From a virus: a DNA stretch of 64,000 nt. A model generated the notes under the pieces. It did no database searches. It was not told the origin of the DNA and was given only the letters and a program-made list of their open reading frames with translations. Of the stretch, positions 18,225-28,411 are shown in pieces. A program made the position numbers and the translations under genes. Positions within the stretch are counted from its first letter, which is position 1. Each line of letters starts with the position of its first letter. The stretch lies in the IMG/VR virus record IMGVR_UViG_3300025137_000016. The stretch is one strand, 5' to 3'.

Positions 18225-18797
18225 GTGGACTTCAACGAATATTGGGACAAAGAGAATAAGCTATTAGAACTTTCCTACAAAGAAAGTGTTAGGCAAAGAG
18301 AGGAACGCAGCATGTTAAAGATTAAAGAAGCGATACAATATAACACAGCACCTTGGAAACACATACTGATATGTGGATTGCCAGGAACAGGTAAGACCAC
18401 ACTAGCAAGTGCACTAGCCTATCATTTTAAAGTACCCCATTATAATGCCGACACGATACGAGAGTATTATAGCGACTGGGATTTTAGTTTTGAAGGGCGA
18501 GTGACGCAGGCGAATAGAATGCGCAATATGCCTTTTGGTATTCTGGACTTCGTTTGTCCTACAAATGATTTAAGAGAAATAGTGCAGGCGAGTTATATGA
18601 TATGGATGAATACAAAGGAGTCTTCTAAATACGAGGACACTAATAAACTGTGGGAGGATCCCACTACAAGTAATATAGAGGTATTACAATGGATAGATAT
18701 AAAGCAACTACACAGCTCCTTGGTCGGTTTCAACCCTGGCATGATGGGCATACAGAGTTATTTAAAAGAGCACTTGCCAAAACTGGTCAGGTCATAA
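18225..18797 (+). CDS. Adenylylsulfate-kinase-like P-loop kinase (start may be 18312)
   Basis: Walker A GLPGTGKTT, NAD.IR..DWDFS.EGR..QA.RM, DFVCP, YEDTN. Confidence 0.8.
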   Translation: MDFNEYWDKENKLLELSYKESVRQREERSMLKIKEAIQYNTAPWKHILICGLPGTGKTTLASALAYHFKVPHYNADTIREYYSDWDFSFEGRVTQANRMRNMPFGILDFVCPTNDLREIVQASYMIWMNTKESSKYEDTNKLWEDPTTSNIEVLQWIDIKQLHSSLVGFNPGMMGIQSYLKEHLPKLVRS

Positions 18798-19051
18798 TAC
18801 TGTTGCGTGAGATGGACTTAGAGGAAAAGAATCCTTTGAGTATTGAGGAACGCACTGCACGTATTCAGAAGAGTTTGTATTTGGCTGGGTATGAGTATGG
18901 TCGGGAATACGAGATACAGTCTGTGCCGAACATTACCCATATTACTTATGGTCGTGATGTAGGGTATAAGATTGAGGAAGAGATACTCGACGAAGCCACG
19001 CAGGCAATTAGTGCGACAGCGATTCGAGAACAATGGAAACAAGCAACATGA
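18689..19051 (+). CDS. Cytidylyltransferase-like HxGH nucleotidyltransferase
   Basis: GRFQPWHDGH, GRDVGY, ISATAIR; own SD GAGG. Confidence 0.88.
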   Translation: MDRYKATTQLLGRFQPWHDGHTELFKRALAKTGQVIILLREMDLEEKNPLSIEERTARIQKSLYLAGYEYGREYEIQSVPNITHITYGRDVGYKIEEEILDEATQAISATAIREQWKQAT

Positions 19052-19218
19052 AAACTTTAAATCATTTTAAAAGCTGGTGGCAAACCAACATCATTGAGAA
19101 GGACGTGAGTCTCGAGGACAAGCAGAAGCTGTTAGCTGAGATGGAAGCTGAAGATGATGCTACGATATATGATATCAGTGATGAGATGATTGCATGGGTG
19201 CGAGAGCAGATATCATGA
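19048..19218 (+). CDS. Hypothetical protein (56 aa)
   Basis: ATGA overlaps at both ends. Confidence 0.65.
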   Translation: MKTLNHFKSWWQTNIIEKDVSLEDKQKLLAEMEAEDDATIYDISDEMIAWVREQIS

Positions 19219-19427
19219 AGGGTCGCTTCGAGGTCATCACTGCTGAGAATCCTACTGAGATTAAGATCTATGGTGACTACGATCGCATACCCTCGAATAT
19301 TATCGAGGTCATAGTATTTAAACCCAACGAGGAAGATGACGAGGGCAATCATAACCATGAGTATCTTGCCACCTTTCCGAGAAAGTTAAAGGAGCTCCAG
19401 CTACGATGCCAGCAGTCACAAGAATAG
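19215..19427 (+). CDS. Hypothetical protein preceding PAAR
   Basis: ATGA overlap; IP....VI.F.P.....H.H pattern. Confidence 0.7.
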   Translation: MKGRFEVITAENPTEIKIYGDYDRIPSNIIEVIVFKPNEEDDEGNHNHEYLATFPRKLKELQLRCQQSQE

Positions 19428-21793
19428 GCGACGCAGATGTCACGCATTGCTCGAGCATGTCACGAGCACAGGGTAGCTCTGATGTCAAAGCGAATACGAT
19501 TGGTATATCTCGCGAAGGCGATTTGAATACTGGACATCTATTACCTGGGATTCCATGTCCTGGACATTCTGCAGCTATTGGTCAGGGTGACCTTACTGTC
19601 TTTGCGAATGGAAAAAGAATCGGTCGAGTCAGCGATCCGATAGCAGGTTGTACATCAGTTGCCGAAGGTTCACCAGATGTATTTTCCAGTGGTGGTGGTG
19701 ATGCAGCTAGTGCTGCCGATGCTGCTGCGGAAGAAGCAGGGGAAGCAGGTGGTGGTGGTCAGAATATTCCTGTGGGTGGTACGACCTTTGTTTACATATT
19801 AACTTCGAGTGTTGGCAATACTTGCAACGAGGGTGATGTAGCCACGATTACTTTACTCACACAGAATTTACCTCAAGGAACTAATGTACCTTATATTGTC
19901 ACAGGTATTACTGACGCTGATTTAAATGCAGCAACCTCTTCTCCTCTCACTGGCAACTTTGTAGTTGGCTCTCAAGATACGAAAGCATTTGAATTTGCTG
20001 CCGACCAAGTCACAGAGGGCACTGAGAACTTTGCGATTACAGTCACAACCCAAACACCCTTTACTGGAAATGATAGTGTGGCGATTGCAGTAGCTGATAC
20101 TTCTAACAATCCCACCTTCAGTTTATTCGGTACGACTACACTAACTCCACAGGAGAATACTGTGGGCAACTTTAAACTTACTGTGGGTTCAGGTATCGTT
20201 GGTGATGTCTATCCCTTTACGATAGACGCAGGTCAAGGTGACTTCAATGCTACCGACATAGAATACATCGCTGATCACAATGGAACCCAAACTACTATTA
20301 CGCAAATTCCTTTCAGCACTAACTTTGTTTTGCGAGACTTGGGTGATGGAACTGTTGGTGATACTTTTGATTTTAAAATCTCTGATGACTTTACTCGACT
20401 AGAAGGCAGTGAAGTTATGAATGTTGCACTTGATGGTGGACAAGCATCACTTAACTTTACGATAGCAGATAGCTCAGTAAAAACTGAGAGTGCTTTCGTT
20501 TATGCTAGACCGATAAAGGCAGCAGGAGTTTATGGCTTTGAAGATGTTTCATTAAGTAATAACCAAAGAGCTAACGATCCAGTATTGCCACAAGGTTATA
20601 CGACTGGCAATCTAGCCACATATCCTTATGCTTATGCTGGTGCCTATGGCGATACTCCTATGGGTGGAACAGTCACAGGAACAACTGGTGCTAACCAAGC
20701 ATGGGGTTTGAATGGAATGAATATAGTTTATGTCGAGGGCATGGGTTATGTCTGGGGCTTTATAGATTCAGATATTAATAACTTAGTTGGTGCAACTAAC
20801 TCCAGTGATTTAAACTACAACTCCGAACGTGAGATGATACAGAACCAACTCAATACTGATATTCCAAATCTAACTAATGCTATGGCAAGTAATAGTGCAC
20901 AGCCAGATACTTATAATTTTAATAGTGTGGCTACTGCAACATTCCAAGGTACAGCTGAGGGTATAACCCAAGTGGCTTTCCCACATGATTACTCTACGAC
21001 ACCTGCTACCGATCATTCTTACCAAGCAGCAACTGGTCCATATCATTTATATGGAGCATACACACAAACCCCAGCAGAAGCAGGGGATGATAACTTTTCG
21101 ACCTATGGAAATAAACAACATGTCAATGGTCAACCTTATACTACCAACTGTGGATCTACATGGCACCTCTGGTTCTTTAGATGTAAACGCAATGGTGTAG
21201 TTGATACTCGCCCAGCTCAAACAAAAGACTTCACATACTTTGGAGTCAACCCTAAAACATTTAATACTGCTGGTGCAGATAACACTACCTTCTTTGCTGA
21301 GGATGTAAACTGGGGAACGCTTTGGCAGAGTACAGATATAATGCCTGATGGTTCAGGAAATGGTGGAGTAGATTTACAAACAGATAGCCGAGTGACTTTT
21401 GAAACAGGGATATCTCAAACACTAGGTGGCTATGTACATATTAAGATAGACTGCGGAGCAAGTAGAAGTCAGCTAATCCCAGGAGGAGCAGGTGGTGCTA
21501 AGATAAAAGATGGGAATTACTATGAGCAATACAGTTATCAAGTACAAACAGGAGAAGACTGTGGCTTCTTTGGATGGCGATGTGCTTTTGGTGGATCAGG
21601 ATTACCAATCTACACTACCTATACAGCATATAGAACAAACGATGGTGGGGAAAGTTATGCAAGCAATATCAACTTTAATAATAAGATAGAACTAATCTTT
21701 AAGATGTATGCTCCAGGGACTTCGACCTTTGCAAGTAATACTCAGGGAAGTAATATTTGGGCGAATACACTTCCTGGGACAGACTCTGATTAA
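19406..21793 (+). CDS. PAAR spike-tip protein (gp5.4-like) with a C-terminal extension of about 700 aa
   Basis: MPAVTRIGD...HC, GS.DV, REGD...H, RV.D...C...GS.DVF; then an A/G/E linker, Calx-beta/Ig-like repeats and an unknown C-terminal domain. Confidence 0.88.
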   Translation: MPAVTRIGDADVTHCSSMSRAQGSSDVKANTIGISREGDLNTGHLLPGIPCPGHSAAIGQGDLTVFANGKRIGRVSDPIAGCTSVAEGSPDVFSSGGGDAASAADAAAEEAGEAGGGGQNIPVGGTTFVYILTSSVGNTCNEGDVATITLLTQNLPQGTNVPYIVTGITDADLNAATSSPLTGNFVVGSQDTKAFEFAADQVTEGTENFAITVTTQTPFTGNDSVAIAVADTSNNPTFSLFGTTTLTPQENTVGNFKLTVGSGIVGDVYPFTIDAGQGDFNATDIEYIADHNGTQTTITQIPFSTNFVLRDLGDGTVGDTFDFKISDDFTRLEGSEVMNVALDGGQASLNFTIADSSVKTESAFVYARPIKAAGVYGFEDVSLSNNQRANDPVLPQGYTTGNLATYPYAYAGAYGDTPMGGTVTGTTGANQAWGLNGMNIVYVEGMGYVWGFIDSDINNLVGATNSSDLNYNSEREMIQNQLNTDIPNLTNAMASNSAQPDTYNFNSVATATFQGTAEGITQVAFPHDYSTTPATDHSYQAATGPYHLYGAYTQTPAEAGDDNFSTYGNKQHVNGQPYTTNCGSTWHLWFFRCKRNGVVDTRPAQTKDFTYFGVNPKTFNTAGADNTTFFAEDVNWGTLWQSTDIMPDGSGNGGVDLQTDSRVTFETGISQTLGGYVHIKIDCGASRSQLIPGGAGGAKIKDGNYYEQYSYQVQTGEDCGFFGWRCAFGGSGLPIYTTYTAYRTNDGGESYASNINFNNKIELIFKMYAPGTSTFASNTQGSNIWANTLPGTDSD

Positions 21794-21797
21794 AAAG

Positions 21798-21806
21798 AAC
21801 TAAATA
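21798..21806 (+). promoter_or_regulatory. Late promoter AACTAAATA, predicted leaderless for gp25
   Basis: Motif ends 5 nt before the ATG at 21812; no SD. Confidence 0.72.
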
Positions 21807-21811
21807 GTTGT

Positions 21812-22204
21812 ATGCCAAGTAATACTAGAACATTCTCAGACTTAGATTTAAACTTCACACCTCACCCAGTGACAGGTGATGTTGGATTTAAGTATGATGA
21901 GAATGCTGTGAAGCAATCAGTAAAGAACTTGGTGCTTACTCAAAACTTCGAGAGACCATTTCATTCTGAAATAGGTAGTACGATTCGTTCATTACTTTTT
22001 GAACCAGCTACTCCTATGACAAAAGAGATTCTGCGTAAGACTATCTCAGATACAATTACGAACTTTGAACCAAGAGTAGAATTAATTGATGTTATGATTA
22101 ACTATCGACAAGACGATACATCTGTTGATGTTAGAATAACATTTAAAGTACGCAACACATTTACTCCAATAGATGTGAGTCTTACTTTGGAGAGAACTAG
22201 ATAA
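21812..22204 (+). CDS. gp25: Baseplate wedge subunit
   Basis: FSDLDLNF..HP.TGD, AVKQSVKNLVLT...ERPF..EIGS, FEPRV. Confidence 0.95.
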   Translation: MPSNTRTFSDLDLNFTPHPVTGDVGFKYDENAVKQSVKNLVLTQNFERPFHSEIGSTIRSLLFEPATPMTKEILRKTISDTITNFEPRVELIDVMINYRQDDTSVDVRITFKVRNTFTPIDVSLTLERTR

Positions 22205-22216
22205 GGAAATTTTATT

Positions 22217-22375
22217 ATGGCAATCAGGCATAAGAACTTTACAGCACATACAAGTTCAAAAAAAACTACTAGTCAAGGAAGTGGTGGAAGAAGTAGAAGA
22301 GTTAAGATTGGATTGTCAAACATGAATAAAAGTAAACGAGCTTCTCATAAAAAATATAGAGGGCAAGGAAGATAA
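22217..22375 (+). CDS. Small highly basic protein (52 aa, ends KKYRGQGR)
   Basis: Translated by hand; SD AAGGA; fills the gp25-gp6 gap; absent from the ORF track. Confidence 0.8.
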   Translation: MAIRHKNFTAHTSSKKTTSQGSGGRSRRVKIGLSNMNKSKRASHKKYRGQGR

Positions 22376-22384
22376 GGAAACAAA

Positions 22385-24232
22385 ATGGCAGATCAAAATA
22401 GAAGAATCAAAGTTGCGGAGTTAGACTTTGATGGAATAAAAGCAAATCTAAAAAACTACCTTAGAGGACAAGACCAGTTTTCTGATTTTGATTTTGAAGG
22501 ATCAGGTATTTCTGTTCTTCTAGATTTACTTGCATACAATACTCACTACAATGGTTTGTATCATAACATGGCAGTGAATGAAATGTTCTTAGACTCTGCT
22601 GCGAAAAGAGATTCAGTAGTAAGCATCGCAAAGATGTTAGGCTACACACCCAAGTCTGCTATTTGTCCAACAGCGATTCTTCAACTAGTAGCTTCAAATG
22701 TTTCTGGGAATCCTGACTCACTTACTTTACCCAATGGTTCTACTTTCTCATCTACTATTGATGGGACTGCTTATACTTTTCAAACTACAGCTGCACATAC
22801 TAGTGCTAAGTCTGCATCAAACACTTATACTTTTTCCAACATAGGTATTACTGAAGGAACTATGGTGACGAATACTTATACTGCTGCAAGTAATACTAGA
22901 TATCTAGTGGCGAATGCTAATGCAGATATTACCACTATGAAAGTTTCAGTACAAGAAGATCCAAACAATGCTGCATACATTGGTTATACATTAGTTGATA
23001 ACATTGTAAATGCTGGACCAACTTCTAGAGTATTCTTTACGAAAGAAGTAGAAGAAAATTTATATGAAATAGAATTCGGTGATAACGCAATTGGCTTCAA
23101 GCCACCAAATGGTGCTACTGTTAAAATAGAATATTGTGTTTCATCATTAACTGCTGCGAACAATGCTAAGTTATTTTCATACACTGGTGGAAGTTTAGGA
23201 AGTGCTACATTAAATATTACAACTACTTCTGCTGCAAGTGGTGGAGCGAATCAAGAAAGTATTGACTCAATTAAATTCAATGCACCTAAAAGTTTTGCAG
23301 CACAAAACAGAGCAGTGACTGCTGATGACTACAAAGTTTTATTACCACAGCTCTATGATAATGTAGATGCTATATCAGTTTGGGGTGGAGAAGAAAACGA
23401 TCCACCTGTTTATGGAAAAGCATATATTTCAATTAAGCCAAAAACTGGAACTACACTTACTGAATCTACAAAATTAAATATTACAAACAATATTATTAAA
23501 TCTAAAAACCTTGTATCAGTTATTCCTGAAATAATAGATCCTGATACACTAGGCATAGTTGTTGAGTCAACTGTTTATTATAATCAAAGTATAACCAGTA
23601 AAGCAAAAGATACTATTGCTTCACAAGCAAACGCAGTTATACAAAATTTTAATACAGCAAACTTAAATAAGTTTGATTCAGTTTTTAGATACTCAGCTTT
23701 GAGTAAAGAAATTGATGCAAGTGATTCTTCAATAGTTTCTAATACAACTCAAATTAATTTAAAGAAAGTTTTAATTCCTACTTTAAATGTAGCAACAACT
23801 TATACACTACCAACTAACAACCCAATCTATAATGATGCTAAAAGTTTACGAGCATACATTGCAATACAATCAACTGGGTTTACTCTAAGTGGTTCATCTC
23901 TAGTTTATTTCTTAGAGGATGATGCTCTTGGAAATATTTACACCTACTACTTAACAGGTGGAAATGAAAAAGTATATTCTGCTGCAGCTGTAGGAACTGT
24001 AAACTATGCAACTGGTTTAATCGCTTTAAACAATTTAAGTATAAGTGGTTCGTCATTAGCAAATGGAACAATTAATATTTCTATTGAACCAAACTCTTAT
24101 GATGTAGTATCAGTAAGAAACCAACTAGCAAGTATATCAAACGAAGATATTATTGTATCAGCAATTGCTGACAAAGTAGCATCAGGCGAATCTACTTCTT
24201 CCTCTGATTATGTACACACTAAAGTAAGGTAA
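22385..24232 (+). CDS. gp6: Baseplate wedge subunit
   Basis: LDFD.IK.NL...DFDFEGS, LAYNTHY, NEMFLDSA, QNRAVT.DDY, WGGE. Confidence 0.97.
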   Translation: MADQNRRIKVAELDFDGIKANLKNYLRGQDQFSDFDFEGSGISVLLDLLAYNTHYNGLYHNMAVNEMFLDSAAKRDSVVSIAKMLGYTPKSAICPTAILQLVASNVSGNPDSLTLPNGSTFSSTIDGTAYTFQTTAAHTSAKSASNTYTFSNIGITEGTMVTNTYTAASNTRYLVANANADITTMKVSVQEDPNNAAYIGYTLVDNIVNAGPTSRVFFTKEVEENLYEIEFGDNAIGFKPPNGATVKIEYCVSSLTAANNAKLFSYTGGSLGSATLNITTTSAASGGANQESIDSIKFNAPKSFAAQNRAVTADDYKVLLPQLYDNVDAISVWGGEENDPPVYGKAYISIKPKTGTTLTESTKLNITNNIIKSKNLVSVIPEIIDPDTLGIVVESTVYYNQSITSKAKDTIASQANAVIQNFNTANLNKFDSVFRYSALSKEIDASDSSIVSNTTQINLKKVLIPTLNVATTYTLPTNNPIYNDAKSLRAYIAIQSTGFTLSGSSLVYFLEDDALGNIYTYYLTGGNEKVYSAAAVGTVNYATGLIALNNLSISGSSLANGTINISIEPNSYDVVSVRNQLASISNEDIIVSAIADKVASGESTSSSDYVHTKVR

Positions 24233-24240
24233 AAAAATAA

Positions 24241-26916
24241 ATGCCAAGTTCTGTTAAAGCAAGAGTATCCACTGTCGTTGGAAATCAGATACCTGATTTT
24301 ATTAATGATGATAGTGTAAACTTTAAAGCATTCATGGAAGCATACTATGAATGGATGCAGACAGACTACTTACCTCAATCACACTTAGAAGATATTCGTG
24401 ACATTGATACAACAGTTGATATGTTTATTGATCATTTTAAAAGTGAGATCATGCATCCTATTCCTGAGGGTGTGCTAACTGATAAAAGATTATTAGCAAA
24501 AAGAATCCAAGACATTTATAGATCTAAAGGAACTGAGCAATCTTACAAATTTTTATTTCGTATTCTATTTAATGAAGACGCAGAATTATTTTTTCCCAAG
24601 ACAGCACTACTAAGACCATCGTCAGGAACTTGGTCAGCAAGTACAATTATTCGAGTCACTGATGCAGCAGGTGGTTCGCCACTAGAATTAATCGGTGCTA
24701 CTATATCTCAAACACAACCAGTGGGCGATGGTACCTTTACAACTGTGACAGCTTTCGTTGAGAATGCAGTGTCGACACAGATAGGTTCTAAGACTGTCAC
24801 TGACTTAACTATGGATGACGAATCTTTCAGTGGGGCATTCTTAGCTGAAGATGAATTCATAGTTCGTTCAATTAATTCTACTGCTCCAACAACAGGCAAT
24901 AATATTACAGCAACAGTTGTTTCAATTATTACTGGCTTTAATATAAGTGATGGTGGATCGTATTATGATATTGGAGATTTAATTACAATCGTATCACCAA
25001 CAGGAAGTGAAGCAAGAGGTGAGATAACTGAGATTGACTCTGGTGGTATTACTGGAGTGACTATTGAAACTGCAGGTGGTGGATATAAAATTAATGATGA
25101 AATAATTTTTAATAATATTGGAACTGGTGGACCTGGATCTAATCCTGCATTATCTGCTCGTGCTTCTGTATCTAACATTGATAGAGATTCAGTTTCCTTA
25201 GAATCTGGAAACGCAGGTGGCGGAGGAACGCTACTACAAGAAAATAATTTTGATATAGATTTACAAGAAGCATCTGATGAGGGAGCAATTAAATCAATTT
25301 CAGTTTTAACTCCTGGAGCTTTTTACGATAGACTTCCTAGTTTAACTTTACCCACAACTGGAAATAGAACAGGTGGTAAAGTTGTTGCCACTTCAACTAC
25401 GATTGGTAAGTTAAGAAAAATAGAATTATCTAGATTTGGTATTGACTATAAAGTTCCACCAATCGCTTCTGTTCCAGCTATTGCTGTTCTACAAAATGTC
25501 ACAGGTACATTTAATCAGGGAGACACAGTCACACTAACAGCTCAGTCATTTGCTACTGAAGATTTAAAAGGTGGTATCAAATTAGAAACTGGTGATAGTT
25601 TGTTAGTAGAAAATCAACAGGTATCTACAGGAACAGTAAATATATTTGATACAAATAAACAAGTATTAAAAGTAGACAACCCAAATGTATTTTTACCATA
25701 CGCATTAGAAGATGGTTCAGGAAGATTGATAACTGAAACTAGAGATGACTTCGTTCAAGAAAGTTCAGGTTTCTTTGCAGACAATAATACTGTGACTTCA
25801 TCATCAGGTGGCTCTGGTAAAATTGTAGATATTAATTATCCATCAATTACAACATCAGTTGGTTCAACAGGAACTGGCTTGGGTGGATATCTAACAGCTG
25901 ATGGATTTGTTTCAGAGTCTTCTAAGAAAATACAAGACTCTAGATTCTACCAAGACTTCTCATATGTTGTTCAGGTTGGTCAGTCTATTGATCAATACAG
26001 AGATGCTGTTAAAAAATTATTACACCCAATCGGACTAGCATTATTTGGGGAAGTACAAATTCAAAGTATCCTCAATGCAGCGATGGGAAATATTAATGAC
26101 CCAAATACTAGTAGATATATCGTAGAGATTTTAATTAAGTCTATTCTTAATGGTAAGATGAAAGCGATTGGTGCTTATAGACCTGATACTTCTCTTGAAC
26201 ATAGAGCAGACCTACCAAAACAAATATTTACAATTAAACATGAAGCACTACTTACTACTGTATTCAATTTAAGAATACAAACTTCAGACTTCGTAAGCGA
26301 GATTGAGTTCCCTAACTTATCTGTTGCTGAAGTAAACCTATTAGAACTCTCTCCTCTTGCTGTTGAACATCAAGAAACGCTAGTGATTGCTAATAGAGTT
26401 GCCTTAGATTTACAAAGACCTGCTAGAGCACCAGTGGTGCAACTACCTATTAGGAGTTCTGTACCATTTGATGGCTCAGTTAGAAGAGCAGGATTTAATT
26501 TAATAGACCTTGAAAGATATAAGTTCTCTTACAAGCCCACTTTACAAGGTACTAAATATTCTAATAGTGATGGCACACCAGCCTTTACTACTAATGGACT
26601 TGAAGATGATAGTCGTTTGACTTACCCATTTCCAAATGCTGGCTATTATGATCTGTATGGAAATACTCAAATTAAAGATTTCTCAAACATTACTGTTGCA
26701 AGTATTATAAATAGTCCATATACACAAGTTTCTTATGCGATCGAATCAGAGATTGGTATCTTTAAACAACCAGCTTCAGGTTTGAGATTCTCTACACAGG
26801 ATCCCGCATTTACTTTCGATGATATCGCATTCAAATTTGATGCGGACAGTGTAGAATTTGACACAACCATTTACAGTTTAGATTCATCTACTCTTAAATG
26901 GGATTTATTAACATAA
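24241..26916 (+). CDS. gp7: Baseplate wedge initiator
   Basis: QIPDFI, F.EAYYEW, Y.SKGT..S..FLFRILF, IQDS.FYQDFSY, HP.G...FG. Confidence 0.88.
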   Translation: MPSSVKARVSTVVGNQIPDFINDDSVNFKAFMEAYYEWMQTDYLPQSHLEDIRDIDTTVDMFIDHFKSEIMHPIPEGVLTDKRLLAKRIQDIYRSKGTEQSYKFLFRILFNEDAELFFPKTALLRPSSGTWSASTIIRVTDAAGGSPLELIGATISQTQPVGDGTFTTVTAFVENAVSTQIGSKTVTDLTMDDESFSGAFLAEDEFIVRSINSTAPTTGNNITATVVSIITGFNISDGGSYYDIGDLITIVSPTGSEARGEITEIDSGGITGVTIETAGGGYKINDEIIFNNIGTGGPGSNPALSARASVSNIDRDSVSLESGNAGGGGTLLQENNFDIDLQEASDEGAIKSISVLTPGAFYDRLPSLTLPTTGNRTGGKVVATSTTIGKLRKIELSRFGIDYKVPPIASVPAIAVLQNVTGTFNQGDTVTLTAQSFATEDLKGGIKLETGDSLLVENQQVSTGTVNIFDTNKQVLKVDNPNVFLPYALEDGSGRLITETRDDFVQESSGFFADNNTVTSSSGGSGKIVDINYPSITTSVGSTGTGLGGYLTADGFVSESSKKIQDSRFYQDFSYVVQVGQSIDQYRDAVKKLLHPIGLALFGEVQIQSILNAAMGNINDPNTSRYIVEILIKSILNGKMKAIGAYRPDTSLEHRADLPKQIFTIKHEALLTTVFNLRIQTSDFVSEIEFPNLSVAEVNLLELSPLAVEHQETLVIANRVALDLQRPARAPVVQLPIRSSVPFDGSVRRAGFNLIDLERYKFSYKPTLQGTKYSNSDGTPAFTTNGLEDDSRLTYPFPNAGYYDLYGNTQIKDFSNITVASIINSPYTQVSYAIESEIGIFKQPASGLRFSTQDPAFTFDDIAFKFDADSVEFDTTIYSLDSSTLKWDLLT

Positions 26917-26949
26917 TTTTAATTTTAACTAATCCAGGAGAACACAGCT

Positions 26950-28353
26950 ATGGCTGCAATTATAACAAGTAAATTTCGCATTCACAATGCGCAATCGTTT
27001 CAGGAAGGTTTCTCTGAAGCTGCTGCAACGAACATATACTTGGGGATAGGTCGACCACAGGCATGGACTGACGACAACTCCCCTGATACTCCGAAAGATA
27101 CAGTCTCTGGCGAGTTCTATCGTTGGGATGACATGATTGCTCTTAAAAGAGTTCAATCTTCAGATGTCACTCTAGCGATCCCTCGAAGAAACTGGACTTC
27201 GGGCAAATATTACGATATCTATAAAGATAACTACAATGGCACAACTGCTGGAGTAAACATCGATAGTGGAGCAGGTACTACACCAGCAACTATTACTGAT
27301 GCGAACTTCTTTGTTGTGACTGATGAGTATAATGTTTATAAGTGTATCGACAACAATGGTGGTGCACAATCAACTACTAAACCAACAGGAACTGGTACAA
27401 CTATTATTTCTACAGCTGATTCATACAGATGGAAATATATGTACACAGTATCACCTGCTGATGTTTTAAAGTTTGTGTCTACTGACTTTATCCCAGCGAA
27501 AAAAGTAATTACAAATCCAGGATCTACTGATCCTTACTACAATCAATATCTAGTTGAACAAGCTGCAGTTGATGGTAAGTTGGAACATGTAGTTATTTCT
27601 GCTGCTGGTACTTCATACTCAAGTGCTCCTACTGTCACAATTACTGGTGATGGTTCAAGTGCTGCTGGTACTGCTACAATCGATGTTGGTTCAGGAACTG
27701 TGACTGGTATTACACTATCTAATGGTGGATCTGGTTATACCTTTGCAAACATTGCCTTATCAGGTGGTGGTGGTTCTGGTGCTACAGCTTCTGCAATTGT
27801 CTCACCAAAAGGTGGACATGGTGCTAATGCTGAAGAAGAGTTAGGTGCTTTCTATGCCATGATGAATGTTCGTTTAGAATATGCTGATGGTACAGGTGAC
27901 TTCCCTGTAGATAATGACTACAGAAGAATCACTCTAGTAAGGGATCCATATAACTTTGGTGGAACTGTTGTTGCTTCTGCTACTACATTAAGTTCAACAA
28001 AATCTATGTCTTTCACATCACTAAGTGGTGGGACATTAGTTGTTGATAGAACTTTTGCTGGTGGTACTTCTAATGCGATTGGTAGAATCATTTCTATCGA
28101 TACAGGTTCATCTACAATTAGATATATCCAAACTGCTACTGATAATCCAACTGGAGTAAACTTTCAGTCTGCAGAAACTATCACAATGAATGATGCTGCT
28201 GGTTCAGCGACAGGTATTACTTTCACAAGTGCTACTTTGAACAACCCAGAAGTTCAACCTGATAGTGGAGATATGTTATATGTAGAAAATCGTAGACCGA
28301 TTAACAGAGCAAGCGACCAGATCGAAGATATTAAAATCATCGTTGAGATGTAA
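26950..28353 (+). CDS. gp8: Baseplate wedge subunit
   Basis: MAAIITSKFRI.NA, VYKCIDN, Y.WKYMY, YVENR.PI.RA.DQ.EDIKI. Confidence 0.95.
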   Translation: MAAIITSKFRIHNAQSFQEGFSEAAATNIYLGIGRPQAWTDDNSPDTPKDTVSGEFYRWDDMIALKRVQSSDVTLAIPRRNWTSGKYYDIYKDNYNGTTAGVNIDSGAGTTPATITDANFFVVTDEYNVYKCIDNNGGAQSTTKPTGTGTTIISTADSYRWKYMYTVSPADVLKFVSTDFIPAKKVITNPGSTDPYYNQYLVEQAAVDGKLEHVVISAAGTSYSSAPTVTITGDGSSAAGTATIDVGSGTVTGITLSNGGSGYTFANIALSGGGGSGATASAIVSPKGGHGANAEEELGAFYAMMNVRLEYADGTGDFPVDNDYRRITLVRDPYNFGGTVVASATTLSSTKSMSFTSLSGGTLVVDRTFAGGTSNAIGRIISIDTGSSTIRYIQTATDNPTGVNFQSAETITMNDAAGSATGITFTSATLNNPEVQPDSGDMLYVENRRPINRASDQIEDIKIIVEM

Positions 28354-28411
28354 TATCTGTTATCTTTGATAACTTAATTCGATCGACTAACTTTAAAAAG
28401 AGAAAAGATAG

